In this document: positions 50,004 to 62,172 of the stretch, piece after piece | How the letters are laid out: each line of letters begins with the position of its first letter | Numbering within the stretch: the first letter of the stretch is position 1 | Source of the DNA: Camelus ferus | Lineage: Eukaryota | Direction of reading: 5' to 3' | Length of the DNA: 64,000 nt | Assembly: GCF_009834535.1 (NCBI RefSeq) | Contig: NC_045697.1 | Location: forward strand, 11,224,001-11,288,000 | Program-made: the position numbers and the translations under genes | Notes under the pieces: model-generated | Seen by the model: only the letters and a program-made list of their open reading frames with translations | Database searches by the model: none | What the model was told of the DNA's origin: nothing

Positions 50004-51074
50004 ACTTTAGAAATTCTGTCAATTGGATGTGCAGGGAGTCCGCCCTCTCCTGGGGAGGGTGGGATGGAAAATGACTCATGACCAGCCGGCTTCCTTGATT
50101 GGAGCGGAGAGAAAATCCAGGATGAGGCAAGAGATGAGACGAGGGATGGTGTGAGGGAGGGCTGGAAGCCTGTGATCGCTTTGATTTAAGCTGATTCAAG
50201 AGGCAATGGGGAACCACAGCCTAGTTCTCAGGAGGGAAACTGCTCTGCTAGCAATTACAGCAACGGACGATGATTCCCCCGACTACGTATAGAATCAGCT
50301 AGGACAGGAAAGCCTGCGGAGAGAAGAGGCAGGTAGAGCCTTGTGCCCGGCAGTCCCCTTAGGACTGGACTATGGGGAGAAATCATTCTGTGGCTTCGCA
50401 CACGCTGATTTCTGGCGTGGGAACTGTAACCCAGGACGGAGGCGGGATTCTCATCTTGATGTCAGGATAAGAAACTGAGTCACAGCATAGAAACATGTTC
50501 CTAACATTTCCCAGGTACAAATGGACTTAGCCATGACTTGAACCCAGAGCTTTCTGACTTCAGTCCCTGAGCAGCAAGTTAATCCCTACTGCCTTGACCC
50601 CTATTTTTTTAGCCCAAATTGGTCCCTCCCCTCTCTGGCTCAAGGAGAAACTTGCTCCTACCTCTGCTGTAACACTTACTGCAAATGATAATTACCTGAT
50701 TCCACATCTCTCTCTCCCCTTGAGATTGTGATCTCCTTGGGGACCAGGACCAGGGCTTCTCCGTCTTCGTGCCCGCGGTGGGCAATCAGTACACGGCAGA
50801 TAAAGGTATGAATAACGCCCATCAGGCTGGTCTGAGTTCTGTGCACCAAGGAAGACAACAAGACACTGGCAATCTGTCCTTAAAGGGAGGGGACTGTATC
50901 AGAGGAACTACTTTATGGGCAATTTTGTTTCCAATTATACGAAACCTCTTTCTGCAGGTGTACATTAGGAGAATGATAAGTCTTGAATCTGAACTCTTGA
51001 TCCTCAAAGACATCAGATGCCTTCAAGAATCTTGCAAACATGTTGAAACTTACAGCTGTTTGGTATTGAAGAAG

Positions 51075-51320
51075 AGGTGTTGCATGGAAGTTAAGAACAC
51101 GGGGTCTGCAGACAAACATCCTGGCTTAGATTCCCAACTCCTACCCCTGCCAGTTGTGTCTAAGGATAATCTGTGTCACTCCCTCCTTGTCCTCAGTTTC
51201 TCATCTATAAAACAGTGCTAATAACAGAACCTATCCCATAGCATTGCCTTGAAGATGAAAAGAGTTAATATACAAAAAGCAATTAACAAAACGCTCTATA
51301 CATCTTAGCTATTATTAGTA
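51075..51320 (+). mobile_element. MIR SINE, near full length
   Basis: 'gttaagaacacggggtctgcagacaaacatcctggcttagattccc...cctcagtttctcatctataaaa...ttagctattatta'. Confidence 0.88.
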
Positions 51321-53524
51321 TGTTTCTATTTCAAACCTCATTGATAGAATGAACCCCGGATTGGGAGCTGAGAAAACTGTTTTTTTCAGTCCCATCTGAA
51401 AAAAACTGAATCAGTCCCATCTTGGAACTACACTGATGAGTTCCTCTTACATGTGGCTGTAGCCTTGTTTTAAATTTTCACCCCTGAAATATAAGCCTAA
51501 AATATATGTGTCATCTCATCATCCCATCAGTAGAACAGGGGGAAATTCCCACCTGTCTATCTCACAAATTTAAAATGTTATTATGACCATGCCTTGAAAA
51601 CTGTAAACAGTTATGGTCTTATTATGTTCACAGGTAGAATATTTCAAGAGCCATATGGTCTTAATTAACCATGGATAATATCCAAAGTTATCCTGCTAAC
51701 CAGGAATAATGCTGGATGCTAAAAATAACCTCTAAACTGAGATGAAATACAGTGAAAAATCTCTCAGGATGTCAGAAACAAAACGGTGTCTTCTGCAAAG
51801 ACGAGACGCCTGCTTTCAGTCATTCTTTCCTTGTCTTCCCCGTCCCTTTCTCCTTGCTTTCTTACTATTCCTGCCTTGCCTAGCATAAATTTCCCTGAGG
51901 GATAGTAGTGATGGGTGAATCACGGAAAATCATTGGCTGCTTACAGCTAACGAGCTATTTCATTTGCTACACTGCAGAAAACCCACCAGATCTTTCATTC
52001 TGATTCTCATGGACGACTGAGCTATAGAGAAACACAACCCTCTCCAACTGCTGTACTCTCTAAATGTTGTATTTAGAGAAGCTACGATGGCTAAAAAATA
52101 AGACACCAAGATTAGCTCTCTCTTCCCCCACATCCAATCTTGGTTTACCTGTGCCTTTCCCAATATTCATATACCTGTCACCCCAGCACACAGGAAATTG
52201 CCAACGACTTCAAGACAGAGAAAAAAACTAAAGACTACTTAGGAAGCATATGCCTTAGCAATGGAGAATTTTCCTCCAGAATTTAAAATATTTAAGTTAA
52301 TCTACAAAAAAGGAAGGTAAGTTTTCTCCAAAGCATTTGTTCTTCTCCCAATTCCATATGTCAAAGGAGCATCGTATGCTTTAAAAACATTGTGAGAGAG
52401 CAAATAACTTTAAAGGCTCAATGTAGTTTGTAATCATTTAAAAAGGCAAATTAAGAGGAATAAGAGGAGGAGCTGAGGAAAATGAAAAGGAGGAGGAAGA
52501 GGGGGAAAGAAAAGAAAAAAGGGAAAAAAGAAAAGGAAAACTCAAAATCCTGAAGTCTTTGCTCAGATACACCCCTCTGGAAAATTCCAAGATCTTTACT
52601 TACAGCAAAGTGCAAGCAGAAACTTCTCTTTGTCTTTGGGTCTCCGGTGTAACTCTGGATAGGGCTCCCCAAGAGTGATGGATATAATTTTGTTAGTTTC
52701 AGCAAGACACAGACGTGGCCATTCAGCATAGACTTTTATAAGAGGCGGAGAGAAGGTAGATAGCAGTAAAGCCCTGAGAAAAATAGAACTGGGGGCAGAT
52801 TTTATTAACGATCAGTGGAACATGGGAGCCTGAAAGTTTAGTGCAGTTGCCTCTTTTGAGATTATATTCCAGAGAGAGAGGGAAGGGGAGAAAGAGAGGA
52901 GCGGGGAGCAGGTAGGGAAAGAGAGAGAGAGAGGACTTGAGATGATTATGAACTCTTTATCTTTCCGTACCTTTTAAAACTGCTTAACTGCTGTTGCTAA
53001 CAGAACTTTTCAGACTTAAGAGACAGTTTTGATGGAACAAATTTTATACCAAAAGCAGAGGTCCATGGAAGCCCAGAGAAATACAGGTTATCAGCATTGA
53101 GAGGGTTTGATCATGGAGATTAGTAAGGATGGAAGGAAACTTTTCAAAAATTTCTGCTAGCTTAGGGCAGAGAGACCATCTGCCCCATTTGCTAGTAAAC
53201 TTTGCTAAGTGTCTGAATAGAGCCTTTCCCGTATCTGTGGCCAAGGAACATTATGGCACCGCACATAGCAGGTCCCAGTATACATTTCTGATGAGCTCTC
53301 CCCGGAAAATCTTTGCAGAAAGGGATTGTCACTGTGGGAGGTGGGTTTAGGACTAAATTGAAAACTCCCTTTTTGCACTATGTGGCCCCGTTTTAAGTTC
53401 TTTACCAATGGGATATAAGCCCAAGAAACCTGGCTTTTCCAGATCAGGATTTTTTTTCAAGGGGTTGGTTTCTTTTTCTCTCTTCTGGTTCTGCTTCCTT
53501 GGGATAAAAGTCTAGGATCACTCA

Positions 53525-53695
53525 GATACCAGAGGACAGCAGAGCCACAGAGGAAAGGAGCTCGGGTCCCTGAATCACTATGTGGAGGAAAATCACCCAC
53601 TGCCCAGAAACAGCTACATTGAACCATGTGGTATAGGGCAGATATTGACATTCTGAGGTTTGTTACAGCAGCTATCCTTACCCTAACTAATTGCA
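53525..53695 (+). mobile_element. Old MLT1 LTR, 3' half
   Basis: 'gcagagccacagaggaaaggagctcgggtccctgaatcacta...tttgttacagcagcta...accctaactaat'. Confidence 0.75.
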
Positions 53696-54109
53696 TGTGA
53701 ACTTGAATTGTGAGGATTTTTGTTTAGCAAGAGGCTTAATTCAGCTCATATAATAAAAAATGCAAAGCAAACCAATTGAACAAGCTCAGATACTGAGCTT
53801 CAGTGCCAAAGGCTGTCGAAGAATAAGGGTGAGGAAGTGCTGGGGAGGTCTCAGGATTTCTGCGCAACAGAGAGGAGCTGCAGATTGATCAGGCACGGAT
53901 TACTCTGCACTGAGACCTCTAACTCCCTACTTCTGAAAGTGGCTGTCACCACCCTCAGTGAGCGGATCTTTTTCCCTCATAGGGGATTTACAAAGATTCT
54001 TTGAGCAAGGACGGTAATCAAGGTCAGTGCCTGCACGCACAGTGACAACAAACCTTGTACCTAAACCAGGTCAGTTCCCCAGCTTTGGGAAAGGCTCTTA
54101 AACCTCTGC

Positions 54110-54470
54110 TGGCCTGTCAGAAAAAAAAAAAAAAAAAAAAATAGAAAAGAAAACCACTACATGGGAATCGCTGATACACCAGTATTGATTTTCACAGATC
54201 ACCCTTGTCAAAAGGATTTATTGATGTGTCAGCGTGTATTGTCGAGATGATCATAGCAGGATGGCTTTGAAGGATTTATAAGAAATCTACAGGCTTTAAT
54301 ACACTCGGCGGTAAATAACTAACAAGTATTGCACACATTGATTCTTGTCATGTGGTCAATGCAATCTTTAGCCCGCTAATTGTCAGTATTGACAAACAGT
54401 TCATGATCTAAATGAGCAGCTGGACATCCGCTCTGAGTGGAACATTTCCAAATGGCGTTTTCCTTGCTAT
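54110..54470. promoter_or_regulatory. Candidate TALE-motif-rich conserved element
   Basis: Six TGTCA/TGACA in 280 bp (54115, 54206, 54227, 54346, 54381, 54390); forkhead GTAAATAA 54311; repeat-free. Confidence 0.5.
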
Positions 54471-54854
54471 TCTCAACCTAATGTTCATGGAGCAGCCTTG
54501 CAGGTAATCGGCTCTAGGCAGAGGGAAACGTGTGGTACTTAATTCTGCCTTGCTGTCAAGTGTCCCTCTAAAGGGAGAGAGGAGGGAGGGTGAGTCTGGT
54601 CATAGCGCACAAGGCTGGAACCCAGTTACACGACACGTGCACCTCAGTATCCTCCAAAGCCCACCTCAAATGCCTTTTCCTGGGAGAAACCTTCCCCAAT
54701 CACACCCCCATGGGGCTGCTACCGCTTCAACCCTATGGCATTCCCAGGCAATTAATCACACAATTAATTATCTATGTTGAAATTTATTTAACTATGTATG
54801 TTGAATTTTTCTATTGTGTTATGACTAAATCTTTGTTTTTCAATTGTATATGAG

Positions 54855-54995
54855 CTTTTAAATTTGGGAGGAAGATACAGGATCTCATTGAGAAGGTGGT
54901 GAAAGGTACTAACGGTCTCTTTGAAAAAGCTTGCAGTCCAATTTGAAAAAGGTTTTCAGGGAATTCATAGAAGGTCCATGAACCTCCCAAACAGA
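54855..54995. mobile_element. hAT-Charlie remnant (MER117-like)
   Basis: 'ttgagaaggtggtgaaagg...ttttcagggaattcatagaaggtccatgaacc'. Confidence 0.45.
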
Positions 54996-56411
54996 TGCAA
55001 TTAAACCCCAGTTCAGATTCCAGCTCTATTACCATCCAGATGTCTGGCCTCAAAGAGTTTCTCAACCTGTCATTCTTAATACAAGAATAATCAGTTACAG
55101 GGCGGGTTTGTTGTAGGGATTAAGGGATATGCTTTGCACATGGTATTGACTCCAAAAAACCCTCGGTATTGTTCAAGGTTTCTGAGTTTGTTTCTTCCTT
55201 CATGCTGCAAACATTAACTGAACAGCAGTCAGGAGCCAGGTGTGGCCCCACGACTACATCCCATGGCTGAGCCATCCAAACCAAGCAGAGTCCCTTGCTT
55301 ACAATAGTTGCTCAATTAATGTTTTAATAGGTTCATAAGGATCCTTACCACTGGACAGAACAAACTTCAGCTCATTCTATTATATTATTTTTTAATCAAG
55401 CATTCAAATATTGTTATTGACTAAACTGGACTCTATTATAAGCCTCTATTACACAGTCATTCAACTTGAAAAAGTCTTTTAGAGTAAGGGCATTTATCAG
55501 ACCATAGTTGTTACAATCATCTTCCAATCTGCTGTTTCTATAAAGTTGTATCATATTTTAAATATAGTTAATCTGTCCCTAAATGTACACTTGTCCCCCC
55601 TTTAACATGTAAGTCAAATTTAACAGAGTAAACATTTCATTTATATTACAATACAGACCTGTGTATCAACTTGCGTCTATGCTGTAAAACATTTTGTTCT
55701 CCACTGGGGAAGAACGCTATAAAAATGCAAATAGTGAGAGCAGGTGAAAAAGAGTAAAGCTTGTATATGCACGTGTATATTTGATCTGTAAAGGTGCTTT
55801 TTTTAAACTTGGAAGACTAACTAATGAACACAAAGAATATTATATTTTTCTAGTTAACAAAATTATAGGAACTTATTCATAGGCTTATGGAAATTTTTCC
55901 ATTTATTTTTATCAATTATTTCTCTTCTAGGCCCCTGACCCTGTGCCAGCAGCATGCCTTTTTCTTTATTTTGCTAATGGGGAAATTGGGATTATCACAA
56001 ATGGTCTTAAACTTTATCACCTGGATGAAGTCTCCTGTCCCATCTTTTATAATTTCTCACCTATCTTCTGATAATTGAGGTTTAGCACATTGACATTAGC
56101 AAGGCATAGAGCCCTGTGTCTGGAGACAATGACTGACACTCCACTGTCAGAGATGTGGCTTCTTAAGGACGTGATATCCTGTTTGATCTTACAAATGTCT
56201 CCCATGTCCAATTATCACCAACCATCTGGGTGAGTGACAAGATATCAGGGGAAATTTTTTCCAGATCACATTCTCTCCCTCTCTCCTTTCTCTTTTCTCA
56301 TAACGCAGGAAGGGCTCATTATGATCGAAGAAGCATGGGCACTAACTCTACAGAAGCAGTTAAAGTTTTAACATAGGATTGCTTGTCGTGTCTCTCCAAA
56401 TCCAAATCTGT

Positions 56412-56544
56412 GTGTGTGTGTGTTTTAATGGGGGGAAGTAATTAGGTTTATTTGTTTATTTATTTAATGGAAGTACTGGGAATTGAACTCAGGACCTTAA
56501 TGCATGCTAGGCATGCACTCTACCACTGAGCTACACCCTCCCCT
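56412..56544 (-). mobile_element. tRNA-Ala-derived camelid SINE (Vic-1 type)
   Basis: Minus strand GGGGAGGGTGTAGCTCAGTGGTAGAGTGCATGCCTAGCATGC...GAGTTCAATTCCCAGTACTTCC; 17-bp TSD tccaaatccaRatctgt at 56395-56411 and 56545-56561. Confidence 0.9.
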
Positions 56545-56714
56545 TCCAAATCCAGATCTGTTCGTCTGTCCACCGGAGGAGCTACAAGGCTTTTTTGACC
56601 CATGGTTTAATCCGTTGTAGCCCTACAGCTGTGACACTCAAGGAAAAACCATTCTGACCCTCAAGGGAAAAACAAGAGCAAAAATGATAAACAACCTGAG
56701 ACTGAGACCAGTGA

Positions 56715-56718
<4 letters not shown>

Positions 56719-56758
<40 letters not shown>
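56719..56758. repeat. (TG)20 microsatellite
   Basis: Directly visible. Confidence 0.97.
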
Positions 56759-56762
<4 letters not shown>

Positions 56763-57094
56763 AAAACCAGGGGAAAAAAAAACTTAAGAAAGGGTAACTA
56801 TTCGGAAGTCTTTGGCTTTGGAAGCTACGTTGATGGTAAGCTAAAATTGGAAAGATTGATTGAAGAGAAGAGGAGCATAAAAATACTACAATATTTCATA
56901 TTTCATTATTATGAAAATGCACAACAATAATTGCCTTCACCAGAAGCTTTCTTCCAAGGAACACAAAATGTTATGCCAACATTTCCTCATTAATCTTCTT
57001 TATAATCTTGCAAGATGGTTAAGAAGCAAAAATTAGTATTCAAACTTTATCCAAGGAGACATAGAGCATGGAGGGGGATGTCAGCATGATACTT

Positions 57095-57615
57095 GTGACG
57101 CTTTGATGTGCCTCAGTTTCCTCATTTGTAAGATAAGAATATTCATAGTATTTAACACACAGAGATATTGTAAGGATTAAATGAGTTAGGACACAGAAAG
57201 GAGCTTAGATGAGATCCCAACATACAGTGAACACTCAGTAAATGTGATATTCTTATTACTATAAGAATGCATGATGCAAGTAAGAGAAAGTCACCTTCAC
57301 AATTCCTCTGGAGCCGTCACACTGAAGAAGGGGATAAACCTCTCAATTCTGTTCAGCAAGCACCCTCTGAATAACAGTGCTGCAGAATACACCAAAACCC
57401 TATAAAAAGAGTATTCTGCATTTATATAGCACTTTTCATTTGCAAAGCATTTTTAGATATGTTATCTTCTGTGACCCTTACAACCACCCAGGGAGCTAGA
57501 GAAGTCAAGGTTATTACACTTAGTAAGTGAGAAAGAAAAGGCTCAGAGAGGATAAATGACACACCCAAGGTCACCAGCCGGTTAGGAGTCAAGACACATT
57601 CAAAACCTATTTCAT
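57095..57615. mobile_element. Two MIRs (about 57095-57260 plus; 57420-57615 minus)
   Basis: 'gtgcctcagtttcctcatttgtaagat...gtaaggattaaatgag'; 'aggctcagagaggataaatgacacacccaaggtcac'. Confidence 0.85.
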
Positions 57616-57689
57616 TACTGGAGAGTTCTTTCAACCTGCAATAGATATCTCTGTGGGCTTTTTGTTTTTATTTTTTTTCCTACCCATAC

Positions 57690-58161
57690 TGATCTTCCTA
57701 ACAGCACTTTGATTTTCTTCCAGAAAATGAGCTTTCGCTCGGTGTGCATAGACCTGTTTGGATGGTAAACCACCCCACCTATGGAAGCAGAGAGAATCCT
57801 GCAGGCTGTTCTTCCAAGTCTTTTCTCTTCCTGACCCAGTGCCACCATATGTCAGTAGGGAAACCTAGATTCAGACAGTTGGATGCTCTCTCCTATGACT
57901 TTGAATCTTAAACCACAAGATGCAAAGATGGAAGAAAGGATGATTTCAACCCAGTGATCGCAACCAGCAATGACCGTGAAGTTATTTCTGCTGCCAATAT
58001 GCTGCGGTGTCTACCGGTTCCCAACTCTCCCAAGCCTGGTTTCTTAGCCTCCTTGCCCATCCTCTGAGCAACCCCTCTAATACTCCAATACATTGTCTTC
58101 TTACTTAAATTAACAAGAGTCACATTCATTTTTCTGCAGCTTAAGAGCCTGAACTAATGCA
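57690..58161 (+). mobile_element. Old ERVL solo LTR (LTR33/LTR41-like)
   Basis: 'ggatgctctctcctatgactttgaatc...ccaatacattgtcttcttacttaaattaacaagagtc...taagagcctgaactaatgca'. Confidence 0.7.
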
Positions 58162-59134
58162 ACACTACCATCCTTTTCTTTCTCTCATCCAGCCCATCAA
58201 CAGACACATTGAGAATTCATTAAATGCCAGCTGCCATGAAAGGAATTATGGTTTGGAATATAATCAGGATGAAAAAAACTGGCAATCACCTAAGAGTTAT
58301 AGACATAAAAAAATAAGATAGGATGCAGTGTCACAATCAGGACTACAAAGTGATGGGCATCAGAAAATATGCAGATCAAGCTACATAGAGAGAGAATAAA
58401 GGCTTCCTGTAGAAAACGGGGCTTCATCTGTGTCCTGAAAAATAAGCAAGATTGGCAACCCATTCAAATATGCAGAGTTTCTAATGCTAAGAAGTAAAAA
58501 ACATTGGTGCTCCTTTCGAAACCAAATTCATTTTCTTTCTAAGAAGTAATGACTGATTTATGGGAAAGCAGAGCATTTGGAGAAATATGATTCTATATAT
58601 TCAGCTCATTCAAATGTGTTATTTGGCATTTGTTCAGATCAAGCCTGAAAATTATCACGGAGAAGGAAAACATGAACTTTAATAAACATTTTTAATTGTA
58701 AGTCTGGAGCAAAGTATTGTGTTTTTCGTTGAATTCATCATATTTATCACTGGATGACAGTATAAAACCCTGCTGGATTTAGAACCAGATTTCCAACTGA
58801 AAGGGATAGTAATTGATGATATTGGTCAGTATCCTAAGTGGAATGAATACTTCAGATTAGAAAATCACATCGAAACTATCCCTGACACTAGCGACATTAT
58901 TCGGGGTGAAGAGGCATAGGATAGCCTCCTTTAGACGTTTCTCCTTGATTAAAGGGGTTTATATTATCCAAAATATTTCCTTCAGGTCTTAAGTAGCCCT
59001 GAATTTTTGTTGAGGTTAAATTTTTAAAATCCAAAGCATTCCTATCTAAGGTCATATGGTATTTATTGAAACCTAGTATCCCTTTCAGAAAATCCTCTAT
59101 TTTTCCCAAAGCCTGTTTTGTAAGATGATCTTGC

Positions 59135-59440
59135 CACAGGGCCTTTGCACAGGCTGTAGTTCCTGTCTAAATTGCCCTCACCCTCCCTTTGTCTTCCTAC
59201 TTATGTAACCCATTCTTCAAGACTCAAGTCAAGCATCATCCTTTTAAAGAACCCCTTTAGGCAGCCCCTCAATATTGGACCCCAGTTGCCCCTCTCACAA
59301 CCCTTGTAAGGTGACAAAGTTATGATTGTATACTGCCATAATTATTTCATTAATGAGTCTCCCCAGATGGAATGTAGGTTTTGGAGGAGCAGTGACTATG
59401 TGCTGTTTTCACTGTGTCAGCTTTGCTGAATGAATGGATT
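59135..59440 (+). mobile_element. LINE-2 3' segment
   Basis: 'cagggcctttgcacaggctgtagttcctgtct...cattcttcaagactcaagtcaagcatca...gctgaatgaatgga'. Confidence 0.8.
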
Positions 59441-60529
59441 AATCAACACAGAGTTCTAATATATTTGTCTTGAAATCCTATCACTTCCAAAGACGATGCA
59501 GATGTTCTACATGTGGATATTAATGAAGTCAGTTTCCCTTTACTCAATGATTTTTCCCAAGTTCAAAAATGTCTTTTTAAAAGATCACTTTTCTTCAATA
59601 ATTTCTTGATTTTTAACTCTCATTCTCTCTGATGATAGCTTGTAACCATCCTGTTTTCTTTTTATGTCCTTCACAGAAATAAGGGCACAGCCAAAGCTGA
59701 TTCTCAAGTTTAGAAACTCTGGTAGGTTCCTATTTTCTTTCTCTTTATATACATAGTCTCTATTTCCTATTTCTATATCTAGTTTTTAAATCTTTTATTT
59801 CCATGTCCATTGTTGTACACATCATCCCAAGTAGAAAAAGACACCTCCTCATCTGTATGATACTTGCACCCTGTACATCCATTTTTTTCTGGCACCCATC
59901 ATTGTGTATTATTTTTATGGGTTTCCATCTGCATTGCCTACAACACTGCTGTGAGCTCCTTACAGGGAGGGACAGGCCTTATCAACCTAGGAATTTCCAT
60001 TTTTGGGCACAGCACCTGGCACACGGTCTGTAAATACTTGTTCAACTGAAATGCTTCATATCGTTTTGGGAGGGAAAGGACTGGCATATCAACAGATTCC
60101 ATTCAAAATCTTGAACTTGACAGCATTTAATCTTACTGTTTCATTTTCTCCCGGCTCACCTTCCTGCTCTCTCCTGATGCAGTGATGTAATCCCTGTTTT
60201 CTCAGGTCTTCTACATGATTTGATGTCACAGATGCGATTAATGTGCTGTTCACCCTCTTGCTCACATTGCTAATAACAACAGTGGGCCTGTTGCCAAATG
60301 CCACTCCAGCAAATGTCATGTCTCTCTGCCCCTTGTTTACAATTCTTCATCTCCTTTAGGGCCCACGGGGATATTCATTGCTAAACCCAATTTGAATTAT
60401 TTTTGCGGGTCAGATGTCAAGAGACCTAAAGACCCAGAACAAAGACTTGTTCACAGTCTAAAAGGAGTAAAGACTGATCCTCTGAGTTCTTATCCAAATC
60501 AATGTTGAAAAGTATATGTTCTTATTCTA

Positions 60530-60740
60530 GAATACTAACACATATTTACATAGCACTTTCTGTGTGCAAGGCCCTGTTCTGAGAACTTCATATATACAGT
60601 ACTAAATTTTTTTAATCTTTAAAATAATTGTATGAGGGTGTAGAATTATTATATCCATTTTACAGATGAGGAAACTGAGGCACATAGAAATTCAGTGGAG
60701 GCAGTCTTGCTCCAGAATTTGTACCATGCTCTGTTGTCTC
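60530..60740 (-). mobile_element. MIR SINE
   Basis: 'atccattttacagatgaggaaactgaggcaca' is a near-perfect MIR core. Confidence 0.88.
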
Positions 60741-60774
60741 TAGGAAACTACTCACTTTATTTGCAGCAACACAG

Positions 60775-61410
60775 GTGTTCTGCTTATCCATTGTTGCATT
60801 ACAAAATTACCCCAGAAGGGAGGGCATAGCTCAGTGGTAGAGCACATGCTTAGCATGCGTAAGGTCCTGAGTTCAGTCCCGAGTATCTCCATTAAAATAA
60901 ATAAACCTAATTACAAAATTACCCCCAAACTTTGGTGGCTTAAAACAACAACTATTTTACTAAATCTCATGATTTTATAGGTCAGTGGCTAAGTTGGGTG
61001 ATTCTGTGCTCCACGTAGGATCAAATGCGTCAAACAGGGTGATATTTAGCTGGGGAGCAGGCTGTTCCAGAGGGTCCTTGAAACTTCATCACCTCCCTGG
61101 CCCCTAGATGGGACAACTGGAAGGCTGGTCTCTGCTGAGCCCCTGTTTTTCTCCTGTAGGTCCAGGGCATCTCCACAGGGTCCCTTAGCAGGGTAGTCAC
61201 TCTTCCCACAGGCTCAGCGCTCAGGGACCGCGGCGAAAACTCTCCATCACTGAACCCACCTCTGCAGCCCTACCTGATTTCAAGGAGAGGGGAAATAGAC
61301 TGTGTCTCTCTCTGTTTTTTTTCCTCCTTTTCAGTTTTATTAGGTAGAAAGACTGTCTCTTGATAGGAGGACCGTCAGCAAGTGTGTGGCCATCTTAGGC
61401 CGCACAACCA
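60775..61410 (-). mobile_element. Old MLT1 (MaLR) solo LTR, interrupted by a SINE
   Basis: 'attgttgcattacaaaattacccc|aaactttggtggcttaaaacaaca...ctggaaggctgg...tttcaaggagaggggaaatagac...gtgtggccatctt'. Confidence 0.8.
60814..60909 (+). mobile_element. tRNA-Ala-derived camelid SINE (Vic-1 type), 3'-truncated
   Basis: GGGAGGGCATAGCTCAGTGGTAGAGCACATGCTTAGCATGCGTAAGGTCCTGAGTTCAGTCCCGAGTATCTCC; 16-bp perfect TSD attacaaaattacccc at 60798-60813 and 60910-60925. Confidence 0.9.
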
Positions 61411-61934
61411 GTATTTTAGAGAAGGTTGACTTTAAGGCAGTTGAACCAAAATACATTATTGTGTATTTTGTTGTTTGGGTTTTTTTTTTTTTTTTGCTTT
61501 TTTCTTTAAAAATTAGTATTATTTTGCGGGAGCAGGGGAAGTAAGGTAGAAGAACAGGACCTAGGAACTGTAGCAGGCATTTTCATCCATGTCGTCTTGA
61601 TAACCATCCAACAGAGCTACGTTGGCTCGTTACTTTGAGCGTTTAAGTCCCCGTGTAAGAGACGAGCACACCAAGGCTCAGAGAGGTTAGGAAGCTTGCC
61701 ACTGAGGCCTTGGGCTTAAACCCAAGAAATGTGTGATTTCTTTCTTTTTAACTCAACTGTAGCTTCTTCTTATGGTTTTATAGGCTCATTGATTGGAATG
61801 AGAGAGAAGACACAATATGTCAAGACACACAGCATAGCAACAGGGCTACTTGAATCTGGTGTGAACTCGGGAAGGCAGCTTCCCACGTCTGCATCTCTGT
61901 CTTCCCACTTGTAAAGTGAAGGATTTGGGCCAGA

Positions 61935-62172
61935 TTAGGGTCCTCCACACTAATGTGTTCTTCAAATCAATTTATAAAGGCACAACCAACATTTTTTTAA
62001 ATGAAGTGGTATAAAATAGAAAAACAGGGGGTATCTTATGCAGGGAGGGGGAGCACTGTTTATGAATCTTTTATTTCAGTTGTGGTTGCCTATTTGCGTG
62101 TGTGTGTGTGTGTGCTGGAGCCCACAAAATGTATTTCTTACTGTAGATAATAGAAAAGTCTGAAAGCCACTG
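61935..62172. mobile_element. hAT-Charlie MITE (MER103-like)
   Basis: Ends 'aaaatgtatttcttactgt...aaaagtctgaaagccactg'; internal (TG)n. Confidence 0.6.
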
